Shown here: piece after piece, positions 1-13,380 of the stretch
Numbering within the stretch: position 1 is the stretch's first letter
Layout of the letters: every line of letters begins with the position of its first letter
Source: Hemiscyllium ocellatum
Taxonomy: Eukaryota
Direction of reading: 5' to 3'
DNA: 64,000 bases
Assembly (NCBI RefSeq): GCF_020745735.1
Contig: NC_083437.1
Span: forward strand, 15,314,001 to 15,378,000
Program-made: the position numbers and the translations under genes
The notes under the pieces: generated by a model
The model's database searches: none
What the model was told of the DNA's origin: nothing
The model's input: only the letters and a program-made list of their open reading frames with translations

Positions 1-25
1 GGAATGAAACACATAAAATGAGTAC

Positions 26-161
26 CTGCTTCCACTGTGCATCACTCCACTGGGGGATTTCGATCGCCTTCGACTTGTATGTCTGGATAACTGTCTTATT
101 TTTAGAGAGTAGCTTCACCTCCAATGTATACGTACAGCCACAGTCTCGCCTTGCTGCATAC
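26..161 (-). CDS. FBXO6: FBXO6/FBXO44-like F-box/FBA protein, coding exon 4 (YAARRDCGCTYTLEVKLLSKNKTVIQTYKSKAIEIPQWSDAQWKQ); final exon lies outside the window
   Basis: 136-nt exon, cag| acceptor and |gtactc donor on minus strand, in frame with the previous exon; FBA-domain motifs W-Y-AAR-DCGC and QW-D--W-Q. FBXO6 versus FBXO44/FBXO2 orthology is not resolvable by eye. Confidence 0.9.
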
Positions 162-881
162 CTGCAGAATGGTATTCCAATACTAGCTCAGGAGAATACA
201 CTGACAAAGCACGTCAGGCATAGTTTGTCCAGAATCACTCTAAGTTTACATAAAATATGCACCACTGTAAGAAATCAGTCAGCACATTTATATGTTTATG
301 ATAGAAGTTTATAAAATAATGAAGGCTACAGATAGAGTTAAAGGTAACTGACTTTTCCTTAAGACAAGCGATTTCAAGACTTGGGGGGGGGGGGCGTCAG
401 AGGAGAGAGATTTTAAAAAGACATGGAGGCAATTTTTTTTTTTACACAGAGGATGGTTCCCGTTTGGAATGCATTTCCTAAGGGAAGTGGTGGATGTGGG
501 TTCAATGTGGCTGTGTACATGAATAGGAAATGTATTGAGAGATATGGGCCAGGCGCAGGTAGGTAGGACTAGTTTAATTGGAATTATGATCCAATTAATT
601 CATGCCAAACAAGGGGTCTGTTTCCAATCTGTATGACTCACTGTCCGTCCTTCACTATTAATATTAATGATCTGTAAACTTGTTCAATTTAGTTTTTCAG
701 TCTGTACATTATGCCAAATGTTACCCTTAATACAGAAACAGAAAGAAAGCTTATTATTATTTTACCTCGCCATGAGCTCACTTTTAGTTTCTTTGTTTAA
801 ATGTGACATCTAATTTTTGTCTGATATCAGTCACTTTCTCACACCAATCAAGTATTATGGGATGGAAGGTTCAATACTTAC

Positions 882-977
882 CAATCACTCACTACAATCT
901 TAGGCTGATATTTATCGAGCAGATTTTCCCACAGTCCATTTGCCACTAGATCAATAAACTGAGATTTCTGGCATAAG
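882..977 (-). CDS. FBXO6: FBXO6/FBXO44-like, coding exon 3 (LCQKSQFIDLVANGLWENLLDKYQPKIVVSDW)
   Basis: 96-nt exon, ctctctctgacag| and |gtaagt, phase 2-2; typical FBA C-K-Q-IDL--G-W--LLD--QP-I-V-DW motif. Confidence 0.92.
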
Positions 978-1429
978 CTGTCAGAGAGAGATACAAACAG
1001 ACTTTCTTTAGAACCAGGAAAGAAATAACTTCCATTTGTATAGTATCTTTCATAACGCTAGGGCGTTTAGAAGTGATTTTAGTCAATGTGGTCACCACTG
1101 TAATGCAGTAAAATGATACGCAAGGTGCTAATGATCAGATCAACCTTGAGAAGTAAATGTTTGTCATGAGGCCAGGTAAAACACCCCAGTTCTCCATCAA
1201 CACAGTGGGTTGTGGTAAATGGTTGTTTTTCAGACTGGAAGACATGGAATCCTGGAGAATGCCAGCATCTAACGTTAGACCACAGCCTGCTTTTTTTTGG
1301 GAAGGATACAACTTGGAGGTTGACAAATTTTCAACAGTTCCTCATTTTCCAATGATCCTAAATTGAGGTGTCAAGTAAAGATGATCCCAGTCAAATGCAA
1401 CAGGTCACAGATAGACCTGCAGATTGGGT

Positions 1430-1600
1430 ACAAAAACTGAAATTGCTGGAAATGCTCAACAGGTCTGGCAGCATCCACAGGTAGAAATCGGAGTTAACGT
1501 TTCGGGCTCAGTAAACCTTAGAACTAAATTCTGATTCTTCTCCACAGATGCTCCCAGGCCTGCTGAGCTATTCCAGCAATTTCTGTTTTTGTTTCTGATT
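1430..1600. mobile_element. PLE inverted-repeat mini-element
   Basis: aaaactgaaattgctggaaatgctcaacaggtctggcagcatc pairs imperfectly with gatgctcccaggcctgctgagctattccagcaatttctgttttt; cccGAAACGTT remnant on minus strand. Confidence 0.7.
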
Positions 1601-3349
1601 TATAACATTCAGCAGATTGGAGTGACAGGCAGCAAACGGAGTTCAATGCAGAGAAGTGACAGCACAAGGTGATATAGACTTAGGGCACAAGACTAAAAAA
1701 CGGTGCTGGAAGATAAGGATCTTTAAAGGTGGCAGGATAAATTGACAGCCTAACAAATAACGTATATTGGATCTTTGGCTTTGTAAATAGAGATGTTGAG
1801 CACAAGAACAGATAAATTATGTTGATCTTTTATAAAGCTCTGGTTATGTCATAACTAGATTATTGCATCCAGTTCTGATCACCACATTTTACTAAGGATG
1901 AGAAGATCTTTATGATGCAGAACAGATTTATCCCAGAATGGTTCCAGGGATGAAGGAATTTGGCAAAAGCATTCATTTGGAAAGGATGGTGTTGTTCCCT
2001 TTGACACAAAGGAGATTAAAGAAAAGATTTAACAAAGGTGTACAGGACAATGACAGGTAGGGTAGCCAAAGAACGTTTGCTTCCATCCGGGACTAGTGGG
2101 TACAGATTTAAGGTTCTGTGCCAGAGCTAAAAGGGGGTATTAGAAAATGAACTTTATTTTGCAAAGGCAGTTAATAGTCTGCTAATGACTTGCTGCACTT
2201 GAGGTGGCAGAAGCAGAGATAGTTAACAAACCCAAAAGGAAATAGGATCAAAGTTTAAGGAAAATAAACTTGCAGATAGACTAAGGGGGTGGCACTGAGT
2301 GGCCTTGGACTAAGTGGCCTCCTGCTGTGCCATACTAACACTCGGCCCACAGATATTTCACTCCAGCCTCAGCGGGCAGATACAAACTGATTTTAACAAC
2401 CACTCCCTCAGCTCTGCCCTGCTCAATATGATGCTGAAGGTCCTCAAACAAGATTTGAAGGCACAACCTTTGACTTGAAGGAGAAAGTGTGCTCCAAATC
2501 AGCTCGGGCTGACCTGGTAGAAGAATGTCAAAGGGTGGATTTTCATCCAATCAATTGGGAGCTACAGCCCCAGAGTGAGGCAACGCTGCACAGGAGCTGG
2601 ATGGATAAACCCCGAATGAATCTTGGTCTGATGGGTCAAAGCATAATCCTGAATGAGCCAATCATCATCCAGGATTGTGCAGCTTGAATAGAAGCTACAG
2701 TTAAACATTATCCACATTTCCTTTCTTCATAAAATCTACTCATTTCCTCACAACTGCTTCAGCTCAATGGCTAGGTCAACCATACCTTCAAACAGGAAGA
2801 GGGAGCTCAAAATCAACCAAGCACAGCAGTAAACAATACCAACAGACTGTTTAATCTAATGAGAACTTTCTCTTTAATTCAATAGCAAATGGATGGAGGT
2901 CCAAATTGTAGCCTAATGCAGTGAAGTGGAATGTAGAGAAATGTGGGAAAGGGGACGGGGTGGAGGATGAATAATCAGGAGAGAACAAGCCTTAGGTGCA
3001 AAGGTGGAGAGGGTATGTGCTTTTGGGGATAGAGAGTGCACGCAATAGAGCAATAGCGAGGGTGAGAGCAAGAGAGGAGGCAGGGCAACAAAGAGATGGT
3101 GAGCGAGCGAATGCGATAGAAACAAGCGATGAGGCAGTGGCAGTGCGGGGCACAGCAGCGGGGGACAGAGGCAGGGCTGGATAGGTCAGAGAGGGACAGA
3201 GGCTGGGCGAAGCAGACAGAGAGGGACAAAGGCCAGGCAGGGCAGACAGAGAGAAACTGAGACAGAGAGAGCAGGACAGAAGATCGGAGAGGCGGAGCGA
3301 GTGGTAAGCAAGATGAGTAAGTGTACACGGAAGTATGTGCTTTCTGTTA

Positions 3350-4520
3350 ATTCATTCATCAGGGATGTGGGAATCAATGCATAGGGACCATTAATTGCCA
3401 TTCCATTCATTGGCCTTGAGGAAGTGGTGGTGAGCTGCCTATATTAACTGCAGTCCAGTGGGTGTAGGTACATTTTAAATGCCATTTGGAAGGGAGTTCA
3501 GGCTTTTGACCCAGCAACAGGGAAGGAATAGTGATATATTTCCAAATCTGGATTGAGAGTGACTTGGAGGGGAACTTGGTTCCCAATGTAAGTGTTGCTT
3601 GTGTCCTTCCAGACAGTAATGACCATGGGTTTAGATTCCCTACAGTGTGGAAACAGGCCCTTCAGCGCAACCACACCGACCCTCCAAAGAGTAATCCACC
3701 CAAACCCATTACCCTCTGACTAATGCACCTAACACTACAGGCAATTTAGCATGGCCAATTCACCTAACGTGTACAACTTTGGATTGTGGGAGTAAACTGG
3801 AGCACCCGGACAAAACCCAAGCAGACACAGGAAGAATATGCAAACTCCACACAGACAGTCGGCCGAGGCTGGAATCGAACCCGAGACCCTGGTGCTGTGA
3901 GGCAGCAGTACTAACCACTGAGCCACCGGGCCACCCCTTTCTAAGAAGCCTTGGTGAATTTCTGCAGTTCATTTTGTAAATAGTACCCACTGCTGCCCCT
4001 GAGCATCGGTGGTGGAGGCAGTGGATGCTTATGGATATGATGCCAATCAAGCAGCCTGCTTTGTCCTGGATGATGTCAGGCAAATGGGGCGTATTCCATC
4101 ACACTCCTGACTAGTGTCTTGTTGCTGGTCAGACTTTGGGAAGTCAGTAGGAGAGTTACGCACTGCCTCCAACCTGTTCTTGCAGTCACGGTATTTACAG
4201 GGCTAGGCCAGGTCAGTTTCTGGGCAATGGTAACCTGCAGGACATTGACAATTGGGGATCCAGTGACAGCAATCCCTGTGAATGTCAAGGAGCAATAGTT
4301 AGGTTCTCTCTTGTTGGAGCTGGTCTTTGACTGGCCTTGTGTGCGCAAGTATTACTTGTTACCTCAAATCTGGAGACTGCATTTTGACATGGACTACTTC
4401 AGTATCTGAGCAGTCTTGAATGACACAATGTCATTGAGGAAGCAGCCAACATTCAGGCCTAGGGCATTATCCTGATGAATTCGTGGAGTGGAGATGACTG
4501 ACCTACATACAGCCACAATC
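3350..4520 (-). mobile_element. CR1/L2-group LINE 3' fragment (distinct family), interrupted by a SINE at 3632-3930
   Basis: AGTIYKMNCRNSPRLLR and QKLTWPSPVN motifs; same family at 45890-46760. Confidence 0.7.
3632..3930 (-). mobile_element. tRNA-derived V-SINE (HE1-like)
   Basis: A box TGGCTCAGTGG, B box GGTTCGATTCC, central tgtggagtttgca domain, CR1-like tail. Confidence 0.85.
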
Positions 4521-5091
4521 ATTTTCCACTGTATACAAGAGTGTGTGAGAGGAAGCGACAGTGCCTTTGTATGTGTGCATGTGTGCATGCGCAAGAGCGA
4601 GAAAAAGAGGGAGAGAGAGAAAAAGAGGGAGAGCGAGAAAAAGAGGGAATGAATTTTGAGAGAAAGAGACAATTAATGAAATGGGAGTACTTGTGTGAGT
4701 GAGTACATCTGTGAGACAGTGTACTTAAGGGGGGGGACTGAGAGACAGAGGGCAGGAGAGAGGGCACAATAGATACAGGTTCAAAGACTATGCCTGGAAG
4801 AGTGATGTTATACAAGATGCAGGGATTTTCTTTTTCCCAGTTCGGAAACATTGCAAAAGCCATCTAACCAGCTATTGTAGCATTACTCAGACAATGGTTA
4901 AATTTCATCCTGACTTGAGAACGGTGGAGGAATAAAAAGATGTTTGACTCAGGTTTCCAAAGTCAACATGAGTAATGGACTAAATGCTGAAACTGTATGT
5001 CCACATGACAAGGGATGGTAATGAGTGGCAGTGCTAAGGTGGCTTTTACAGTGAGTTGTAGTCAATAGTCACTGTGGAATGGAAGTCTTAC

Positions 5092-5218
5092 CCATACGAT
5101 GTCACAAAATAATTTTTGACATGATTTTCGGGAAAGGCAGTTCCATGGGCACCTGGTAAGGCTTCTATTTTCCATTGGTCACCACCGTTATAGTCAATTG
5201 TCCAATGATTAAAATCTT
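5092..5218 (-). CDS. FBXO6: FBXO6/FBXO44-like, coding exon 2 (EDFNHWTIDYNGGDQWKIEALPGAHGTAFPENHVKNYFVTSYG)
   Basis: 127-nt exon, ttttccaacag| and |gtaaga, phase 1-2; FBA N-terminal motifs NGGD-W-IE-LPG and YFVTSY. Confidence 0.92.
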
Positions 5219-5999
5219 CTGTTGGAAAAGAAAATAAAAAAGGAAGTAGATTAAAATCAGCAAGAACTTGCATTTATGCTCCATCACATAGATAAAGCCC
5301 AAGAACAGCGGGTTCAGAATTTTACATTGTACATGTGTGGGATATAGTTGAACTGATAGAAACGGTGTATACTCAGTGCAATAACAAATTTTGTTGTACC
5401 TCAATATATTACTGATGGCGTGACTGAGCACTTTGCTCATTTCAATGATATAGTGGTAGGTGTCACTCTAGTAAAATGGCACAACATTGCTGCACATGCA
5501 ATTATAGGTGTCAGTGTGTGCTTATCGCACGCAACTGTGGTACAGGATCAAGTTCTCTCAACCACTATGATTTTAAGTACTGCCTCCTACTTTCTGCGAT
5601 ACACTGTGTGCCATTTATTGCCCTCACCTCCTTCAGTGACCAGATTTCCTACGAATATGGTCTTAAACATCACAAATGACTATCGCGATTATACGCACTG
5701 TCTGTGATAGCAATACCGTGAAACAGAGCAGCCAGTTTATTACACAAATGTGCAAATTGTTATTGTACTAATGCAGACAATCTAGCCATACCTAGATGTG
5801 AAGACAGAAGTCACATGTCACCAGGTTATAGTCCAACAGGTTTATTTGAAATCTCAAATTTCATGGATCCTAGGAAGTGGACAGTCATCTGAAACAGTTA
5901 TTCTAGTAACCAACTATGTGTGCAATTTTTGTGGCAGACAATGGCTTAACTTAATATCCACAGAGATGAATTGATTCACTCAAGCATATCATCTATAAT

Positions 6000-6760
6000 T
6001 TCAATTCACCCAAGATCCTTCGACAACATCTTCCAAAGACTGACCAAGACTGCAGTTTGCCTCAGTGGTAGGGATAAAGTTTGATGCTGCCTGTGACTGG
6101 GCAAGTGTTGACAAGATCGCTGTCCTTTGGAGGGGAGTTGGTTGGATAGACTGCATCCGCATCATGAAGGGTGCTTTTTTCGGTAACATCTTTGAACCTA
6201 ACCTGGTAGATTTGATTTGAAATGCTAAGGTCTTGCTTTTTTCCAAAGTCAAAATCATCATCCTCCCCGTACTTCCTATTTTGTTGAATTTCAGTGTTTG
6301 CAATTTACTCATCATGAATGCGATCTTTGGTCAGTGTGCCACATGGAAGCCTACTGCTGCAAAGTTACCACGTATTGGTCAGTGGGCTCACCACACCCCG
6401 GCCATCACAGTTCTGTTCGGCTCAAAGCATTTCCTGCAAGCACTTAACTGCTATGACAAAGGTAGACATGTCTTTTGTGAGTCATTCAAATATTCACAGG
6501 CTTTCTGGTTCAAGACAGTGTACAAGAATCACTTTCTCACTTTACACCATCCATTCATGTTGCTAGTAAGCAAGCCTTGCATCCTGAATCCCATGGCTAG
6601 ACTGAAAGGAAGGGACTGAAGCCATGAATTTGAACTATTTATAGTCAGATACTGTGTTTGTGTCTCAGAGATGACGCTCATCAGTTCGCGTGTGGGAAAA
6701 CCATCTTTCGCATGATACTTTGAAATAACTGCAGCCGTGTGGTTCATTTTTTGGTTTTAG
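6000..6760 (-). mobile_element. Possible decayed Gypsy-type gag remnant
   Basis: Frame-broken CFEPNRTVMA, TKDRI and LTLEKSKTLA resemble gag F-P-RN...RDRI...LTLEKA motifs. Confidence 0.3.
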
Positions 6761-7029
6761 TTTCTGGAACCACTAGGTTGATTGATAGCACACAGTGAGC
6801 AGTCAACCAAGACCCAGGCACAATGGAACACTTCACTGTCAAACATAACTCTACCCAGTGCTAACACTGTCTAGTCATTATACCTGCAGGTGATGTAAAC
6901 CAGGATTGAAAAAGATCAGTGCTGAGGAATCAACAGATTATTAGACACATCAATTAAATAAGTTTCCAAATCAGAGTGTCACAACATTGAGTACAAAGAA
7001 CCATCTTGCTTCTAAATTCAAAAATGGTT

Positions 7030-7351
7030 TAGATTAGATTACTTACAGTTGGAAACAGGCCTTTCGGCCCAACAAGTCCACACCGACCCGCCGAAGCGCA
7101 ACCCACCCATACCCCTACATTTACCCCTTACCTAACACTACGGGCAATTTAGCATGGCCAGTTCACCTGACCCGCACATCTTTGGACTGTGGGAGGAAAC
7201 CGGAGCACCCGGAGGAAACCCACGCAGACACGGGGAGAACGTGCAAACTCCACACAGTCAGTCGCCTGAGTCGGGAATTGAACCCGGGTCTCAGGCGCTG
7301 TGAGGCAGCAGTGCTAACCACTGTGCCACCCACTACGCCACCGTGCCGCCC
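7030..7351 (-). mobile_element. tRNA-derived V-SINE (HE1-like), young, with duplicated A-box region
   Basis: CpG-rich; (tctaa)n tail; nearly identical to 40103-40350. Confidence 0.9.
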
Positions 7352-7879
7352 ACATTTATATGTAATCATCTAAATGGTCTGATATCTATCCAGTAATGGC
7401 AATGCAAAAAGAGTGCCATTTCCATGATTATTTATATAGGAGCAAGAGATGGAAATTCAGGGGGACAATGACCACAGAACTCAAATAAACCACCTCCTCC
7501 AATGCAACCTGAAAAAAGAAATTCGAATCTCTTTGGACTCGAAGCATTAATTGTGTTTCCCACTCCACAGATACTGCCAGACCTGCTGAGTTTCTCCAGC
7601 ATTCTTTTGCATTTGTTTTGGATTTCGAGCATTTGTAGTTTTTTGCTTTTATTTAATGAACAAGTAATTTTAAATCACGATGTACCATTGTATTTCTCAA
7701 GCCACATTTGTGGGATTCTTTTTCATTTCTTGCCTCTCTATAGACACAAACCCAGTATTGGATTCATAATTGATTCCTATTCAATAGTAGCCTGACCCCA
7801 TTGTTGGTTACGGCAATGGATGCAGCAACAATTCATTCTTGTGTGCAACATTAGCAACAAAAGAAAATTTAAGACCTAC

Positions 7880-8138
7880 CTTCTGCACAAGGGTTTTTAA
7901 GCAAGTTCTTCTTCATACTTAGCAGGATATAAAACCTTTGCCAATCCTTTATATACATCTCCCCATTGTTTTTGATGTATCCTTCCCGAATGCACTTTCC
8001 CTTCCAAATGTGTATTCCATCCACCAAGTCTTTCCACATCCTGCAGACCAGGCGACACGACATGAGCAACTCCCTGGCGGGAACATAGGACAAGATCTCC
8101 ACCAGGACATCCTCATGCATGTCTCCAATAGTGGCCAT
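7880..8138 (-). CDS. FBXO6: FBXO6/FBXO44-like, coding exon 1 with F-box (MATIGDMHEDVLVEILSYVPARELLMSCRLVCRMWKDLVDG...KNLLKNPCAE)
   Basis: ATG at 8138 lies one base after a ccttctttgaaag| acceptor; F-box consensus and NLLKNPCAE linker; |gtaggt donor; 259 nt, phase 1. Confidence 0.92.
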
Positions 8139-9191
8139 GCTTTCAAAGAAGGATAGTTCCCCAAAGGACACAAGGTTGAATGTCTTTTTTGAGCTGTAAA
8201 CTAAATACCAGAGGTTAGAAAAGGATTTATTCAAACGGCAATCTGATCAAATCTGCGCTGACCTATCTACACAAATCCCATTTTCCAGCACTTAGCCCAT
8301 AGCTTTGAATGTTCTGGTCATTTCAAGCACTCATCCCAGTACTTTTAAAAAGTTTGAGAGATTTCCCTGCCTTAACTACCCTCCCATTCCAGATTTGTAC
8401 CATCCTCAGTGAAAAAACAAACCTTTTTCTCAAATGCCCTCTAAACCTCCTGCTTTACTCCTTAAAACTTTGCAAATATACTCGTTAACACCTACCGTTA
8501 CCTCTGAGTGAGCAGGTTCTGGGTTCAAGCCCCTTTGGCCACACAGGCTGGGCTGACATATCTGTGCAGCATCAAAGGAATGCTACAATCTCAAAGGTGA
8601 CCATCCTTCAAATGAGATTCAAAGAACAAGTGATTCATCTGCGCTCTCGGGTAGATGCAGATGACGACGTTCCACTATTTCAAAAGATCTGGAAGTTCAC
8701 AACCATTTAACACTGAGCCAACACCGAACAACAGATTATCTGGTAATTACTGGCTTTTGGGAGATTGTCATGCATAAAATCTACTGCAGTTCTTTATCAT
8801 TACAACAGTAATTTCAAGTTAAAACAAATTCATTGTCTATGTTGAGGTCATGAAAGGTGCTTAGTAAATACAACACCAGAGCATCAGAAGGTGCTTCAGG
8901 GATCCGGTACCAAACAGGTTTGAACGCATATGAAGCTATCAGAGTCATCATGAGGCAAGGCCATCTTACCAAGATGATAATAAGCTGCCCTACTGTCAGC
9001 CAATGCCCATCTCAGGGTCAGACAGGAAACATGGTGACACAGGGTATGGTTTGCTCTCAAGTCAAGGCAGTAGCGAAGGTGAGCGCTAGGGAATGGAGTT
9101 CACTGCAGTATCTGAGACCAAGGCTTTTGGTCTTACCATGTAGTCAAACACAGATGTCCTGAAGGTCATCTTAAAGGAGGAGGAAACGAAG

Positions 9192-9512
9192 AGGCACGGT
9201 GGCTCAGTGGTTAGCACTGTTGCCTCACAGCTCCAGGGACTCAGGTTTGATTCCTTGGGCAACTGTCTACATGGAGTTTGCACATTTTCCCTATGTCTGC
9301 CAGGGTTTGCTCTGGTTTCCTCCCACAGTTCAAAGGTTAGGTAGATTGACCAGGCTAAGTTGCCCACAGTGTCCAGGGATGTGAATGCTAGCTAGGTGGG
9401 TTGCCATGGAAATGAGGGGTTCAGGATATGGGGTGGGTCAGGGTGGGACGCTTCCCACAGGATTGCACGGACCCAACAGGCCTAAAGGCTTGGTTCCAGA
9501 CTGTAGGAGTTC
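9192..9512 (+). mobile_element. tRNA-derived V-SINE
   Basis: ggcacggtggctcagtggttagcac head. Confidence 0.8.
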
Positions 9513-10569
9513 CAAGGGAGGTTTAAGGGAGGAGATTTCAGAGCTTTTTCTTCATATCCATTTATAGACTGTGGACATCATTGGCTGGGCTGGCATTTTC
9601 TGCCCATCCCTAGTTCCCAATGGAGGTGGCAGTAGTGAGCTGCATTCTTGAACTGCTGCAGCCCACACAGCCGAAGGCAAATGGTCAAAGTTGGAGCAAT
9701 AAAAGTCAGACATGTGCAAGAGGCTAGAACGGAAGAAGCAAATACCTCGGAAGGTTGAAGACCCTGTAGAAGTCACTAATATGGAGAGGGAGGGAGGTCA
9801 TGGGGGTACTTAAAACTTTTAAGGATGAGAATTTTAAAACTGAGGCAGGAGGAGGCAGTCAGTGGTCAAGGACATAAGGCTGAGCAGTGAACCAGACTTG
9901 GTGTGAGTTAGGATACAGAGTTTTGGATGAGTTCAAGTTCCTTGAGGGTGGAAGGTGGGAGACCAGCCAGAAGGGTTCTTGGATGGTCTCGTCTTGAGCT
10001 AATAATGGCACCAGCATATGGTGAGGTGAGGCCATTTTACCGAAATGGTATTAAGCTGCCCTACTGATGGCTGGGACACGTCATGCAATGCCCATCTCAG
10101 TTAGACAGGAAACATGTTGGCAGAGAGTCTGGTTCACCCTTGAGACAGACGCCCAGGATAGGAATGAAACTGAATGCTAGGAGTTTACTGCAGCATCCAA
10201 GACCAGGACATCTGATCTTCCCTACATTTAGCTGCCACACACTCCTGCTTAGCCTGAGACAGGGTAATGGAAAAGAGATACGAGTGAGGTATTACAGAGT
10301 ATCCCAGGGTACCTGTGAAAGCTGCCAAATTTTTAAAGATGTTACTGGGGTGAGGTGTGTCAATGGGAAATAAGAGCCAAGGGAGGATAAAGGATAACAA
10401 CACAGAAATTGCTGATTATCTAGCTATGACAGCACCATTAAGAACAGAGTCAGATATTATTCAATAAATGGGTATCCTTCCGCTTTTTCCTTTCTCCTCT
10501 CCTGAAGGAACGCTGTTCCGCTGCTGGAACCTGCACCCACTCATTGTACCTGTGCCCTCAACAAAGCAC

Positions 10570-11200
10570 AAGTTTGAATGATTTCCTTTATTGGTCAGAG
10601 TATTGAGTTCAGGAGTTGGGAGGTCATGTTGTGCTGTACAGGACATCGGACACGTTTGGAATATTGTGTGCAATTCTGGTCTCCTTCCTATTGGAAAAAA
10701 CATCGTGAAACTTGAAAGGGCTCAGAAAAGATTCACAAAGATGTTGCCAGGGTTGGAGGATTTGACCTATCGGGAGAGATTGAATAGGCTCGGGCTATTT
10801 TCCCTGGAGCGTCTGAGGCTGAGGCGTAACCTTTATAAAATCATGAGGGTCATGGATAGGAAAAATAGACAAAGTCTTTTCCCTGGGGTCAGGAAGTCCA
10901 GAACTAGAGGGCATAGGTTTAGGGTGAGATGGGAAAGATACAAAAGAGACCTAAGGGGCAACTTTTTCACGCAGAACGTGGTACGTGTAAGGAATGAGCT
11001 GCCAAAGGAAGTGGTGGAGGCTGGTATAATTACAACATTTAACAAGCATCTGGGATTCATATCTGAATAAGAAGGGTTTAGGAGGGATATGGGACAAGTG
11101 CTTGCAAATGGGACTCGATCGGGTTGGGATATCTCGTCAGCATGGACAAGTTGGACCGAAGGGTCTGTTTCCGTGCTGTACATCTCTATAACAATGACAA
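10570..11200 (+). mobile_element. CR1 LINE 3' fragment
   Basis: LERAQKRFTKMLPGL...TRGHRFRV...FFTQ...RNELP plus CR1 3' UTR. Confidence 0.9.
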
Positions 11201-11417
11201 TGACTATGACTACCATCATAGACAATGGCATACCGTGTTCTCAATGCCATCACTGGAAATGTTCCCTTTCTATTTAAACCCATGGGGCTCCCAGGATGCA
11301 TCAGCAGTCCGCTCCACCCAGGACTGGATTGTTGAGATTTATAAAGCAAGATGGAAACGGCCATTCACATAGTCAAGAGAATACAGAGCACAATCCCACT
11401 GTCCATTGGGGAAAAAG

Positions 11418-12718
11418 GCGGGGGGGAGACGGGGAAGAAAGGTGGGGGGGGTGTGGAAGGACGGGGGAGGGAAAGACGAGGAGGAGTGGGGGAAGAAGGA
11501 CGGGGGTGGGGGAAGAAGGACGGGGGGGGGGAAGAAGGACGGGGGGGGGAAGGAGGACGGGGGGGGGAAGGAGGAGGGCGGGGGGGGGAAGGAGGAGGGC
11601 GGGGGGGGGAAGGAGGAGGGCGGGGGGGAAGGAGGAGGGCGGGGGGGGCAAAGGAGGAGAGCGGGGGGGGCAAAGGAGGAGAGCGGGGGGGAAGGAGGAG
11701 GGCGGGGTGGGGAAGGAGGAGGGCGGGGTGGGGAAGGAGGAGGGGGGGCAGAAGGACAAGGGGGGGAGGACGGGGGGGAAAGGACGAGGGGGGGGCAGAA
11801 GGACGAGGGGGGGGGAAGGACGAGGGGGGGGAAGGACGGGGGGGGAAGGACGAGGGGGGGGGAAGGACGAGGGGGGGGGGAAGGACGAGGGGGGGGGAAG
11901 GACGAGGGGGGGGGGAAGGACGAGGGGGGGGGGGGAAGGACGAGGGGGGGGGGAAGGACGAGGGGGGGGGGAAGGACGAGGGGGGGGGGAAGGACGGGGG
12001 GGGGAAGGACGAGGGGGGGGGGAAGGACGAGGGGGGGGAAGGACGAGGGGGGGGGAAGGACGAGGGGGGGGGAAGGACGAGGGGGGGGGAAGGACGAGGG
12101 GGGGGGAAGGACGAGGGGGGGGGAGGAGGGGGAGGGGGGGGAGGGGGGGGAAGGGGGGGGGGGGGGGGGGGGGAGGGGGGGGGGGGGGAGGGGGGGGAAG
12201 GGGGGGGAGGACGGAGGACGAGGAGGGGGGGAGAAGGACGAGGAGGGGGGGGAGAAGGACGAGGAGGGGGGGAGAAGGACGAGGAGGGGGGGAGAAGGAC
12301 GAGGAGGGGGGGGGAGAAGGACGAGGAGGGGGGGGGAGAAGGACGAGGAGGGGGGGGGAGAAGGACGAGGAGGGGGGGAGAAGGACGAGGGGGGGGAGAA
12401 GGACGAGGGGGGGAAGGACGAGGGGGGGGGAAGGAGGAGGGGGGGGGGAAGGACGAGGAGGGGGGGAGAAGGACGGGGGGGGAGAAGGACGAGGGGGGGG
12501 AGAAGGACGAGGGGGGGGGAGAAGGACGAGGAGGGGGGGGGAGAAGGACGGGGGGGGAGAAGGACGAGGAGGGGGGGGGAGAAGGACGAGGAGGGGGGGG
12601 GAGAAGGACGAGGAGGGGGGGGGAGAAGGACGAGGAGGGGGGGGGAGAAGGACGAGGAGGGGGGGGGAGAAGGAAGGGGGGGGAGAAGGACGAGGAGGGG
12701 GGGGAGAAGGACGAGGAG
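11418..12718 (+). repeat. G-rich polypurine minisatellite (GAAGGACGAG(GAG)Gn units)
   Basis: About 1.3 kb of tandem units with G-runs of mostly 5-12 nt and almost no T. Confidence 0.95.
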
Positions 12719-12809
12719 TGTGAGTGTGTGTGTGTGAGTGTGTGAGGTGCTCTACCCTCCCTCTCCCCTTTCCTCTCTCTCTCTTTCAAACAGTAACACA
12801 AACACTGAG

Positions 12810-13040
12810 ATGATCCAGCCCCCCCCCCGGGGCCGGCCTCACCCCTCACCGGGGAGAGTGGGTCTGGGGCCTCGGGGCCCGGCTCCTCACCCGCCGCGAG
12901 CTGCCGCTGGGCCCGGGCCCGGGCCGGGGTGTGGGGCGTGGGGGAGCTGCTCCGTGCCGCGGGCGCTCAGGGAGGGAGAGCGGCGGCTGCTCTCACTCTG
13001 ACTCTGAGTCTGAGTCCCTCCCCGGGCCCGGGCCCAGGGT
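12810..13040 (-). promoter_or_regulatory. CpG island; probable promoter and non-coding first exon of the FBXO gene
   Basis: Only CpG-dense non-repeat stretch in the window; three minus-strand |gtgagg donor sites (exon would end at 12891, 12850 or 12843); the ATG exon begins with an acceptor, so an upstream exon is needed. Confidence 0.6.
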
Positions 13041-13380
13041 CTCTGTTTGTGTTTAATATTCATTCCCCAAAATAAACCACATTCGGGTGTCGCCCTGATG
13101 TATATTCACAGTTTGTTCTACTCACATTTACTGAGCCCCTCCCTCTCTCCTTACAGTCGGCTATTTCACACCAGGAACTGCCATATTTATTTAAAAATGT
13201 ATTTCATTGGCTGCAAAGCTTGGCGCCGCCCAATATCCGTGAATTTCTTTTAAAGGCGCTATATAAATGCAGGTTTTCCCCTCAGCGCTCGGTCCCCTCG
13301 CCTCAGGAATAACAGCCCCCCATCAGAATAAACCACTGCAGTGATTACTGCACTTCACAGGGTTACATTGGCATAGCACA

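Noticed and set aside
2335-2690. ORFs in FBXO intron as an extra exon
   Set aside because: The flanking exons already join in frame to give a continuous FBA domain; no recognisable motif
3860-3930. tRNA-like sequences (also about 7280-7350, 9192-9255, 28170-28240)
   Set aside because: They are SINE heads followed by SINE bodies and tails, not tRNA genes
13253-13275. TATATAAA near the CpG island as a plus-strand TATA box
   Set aside because: The context taaaggcgctatataaatgca is the usual 3' tail of L2-type LINEs and related SINEs
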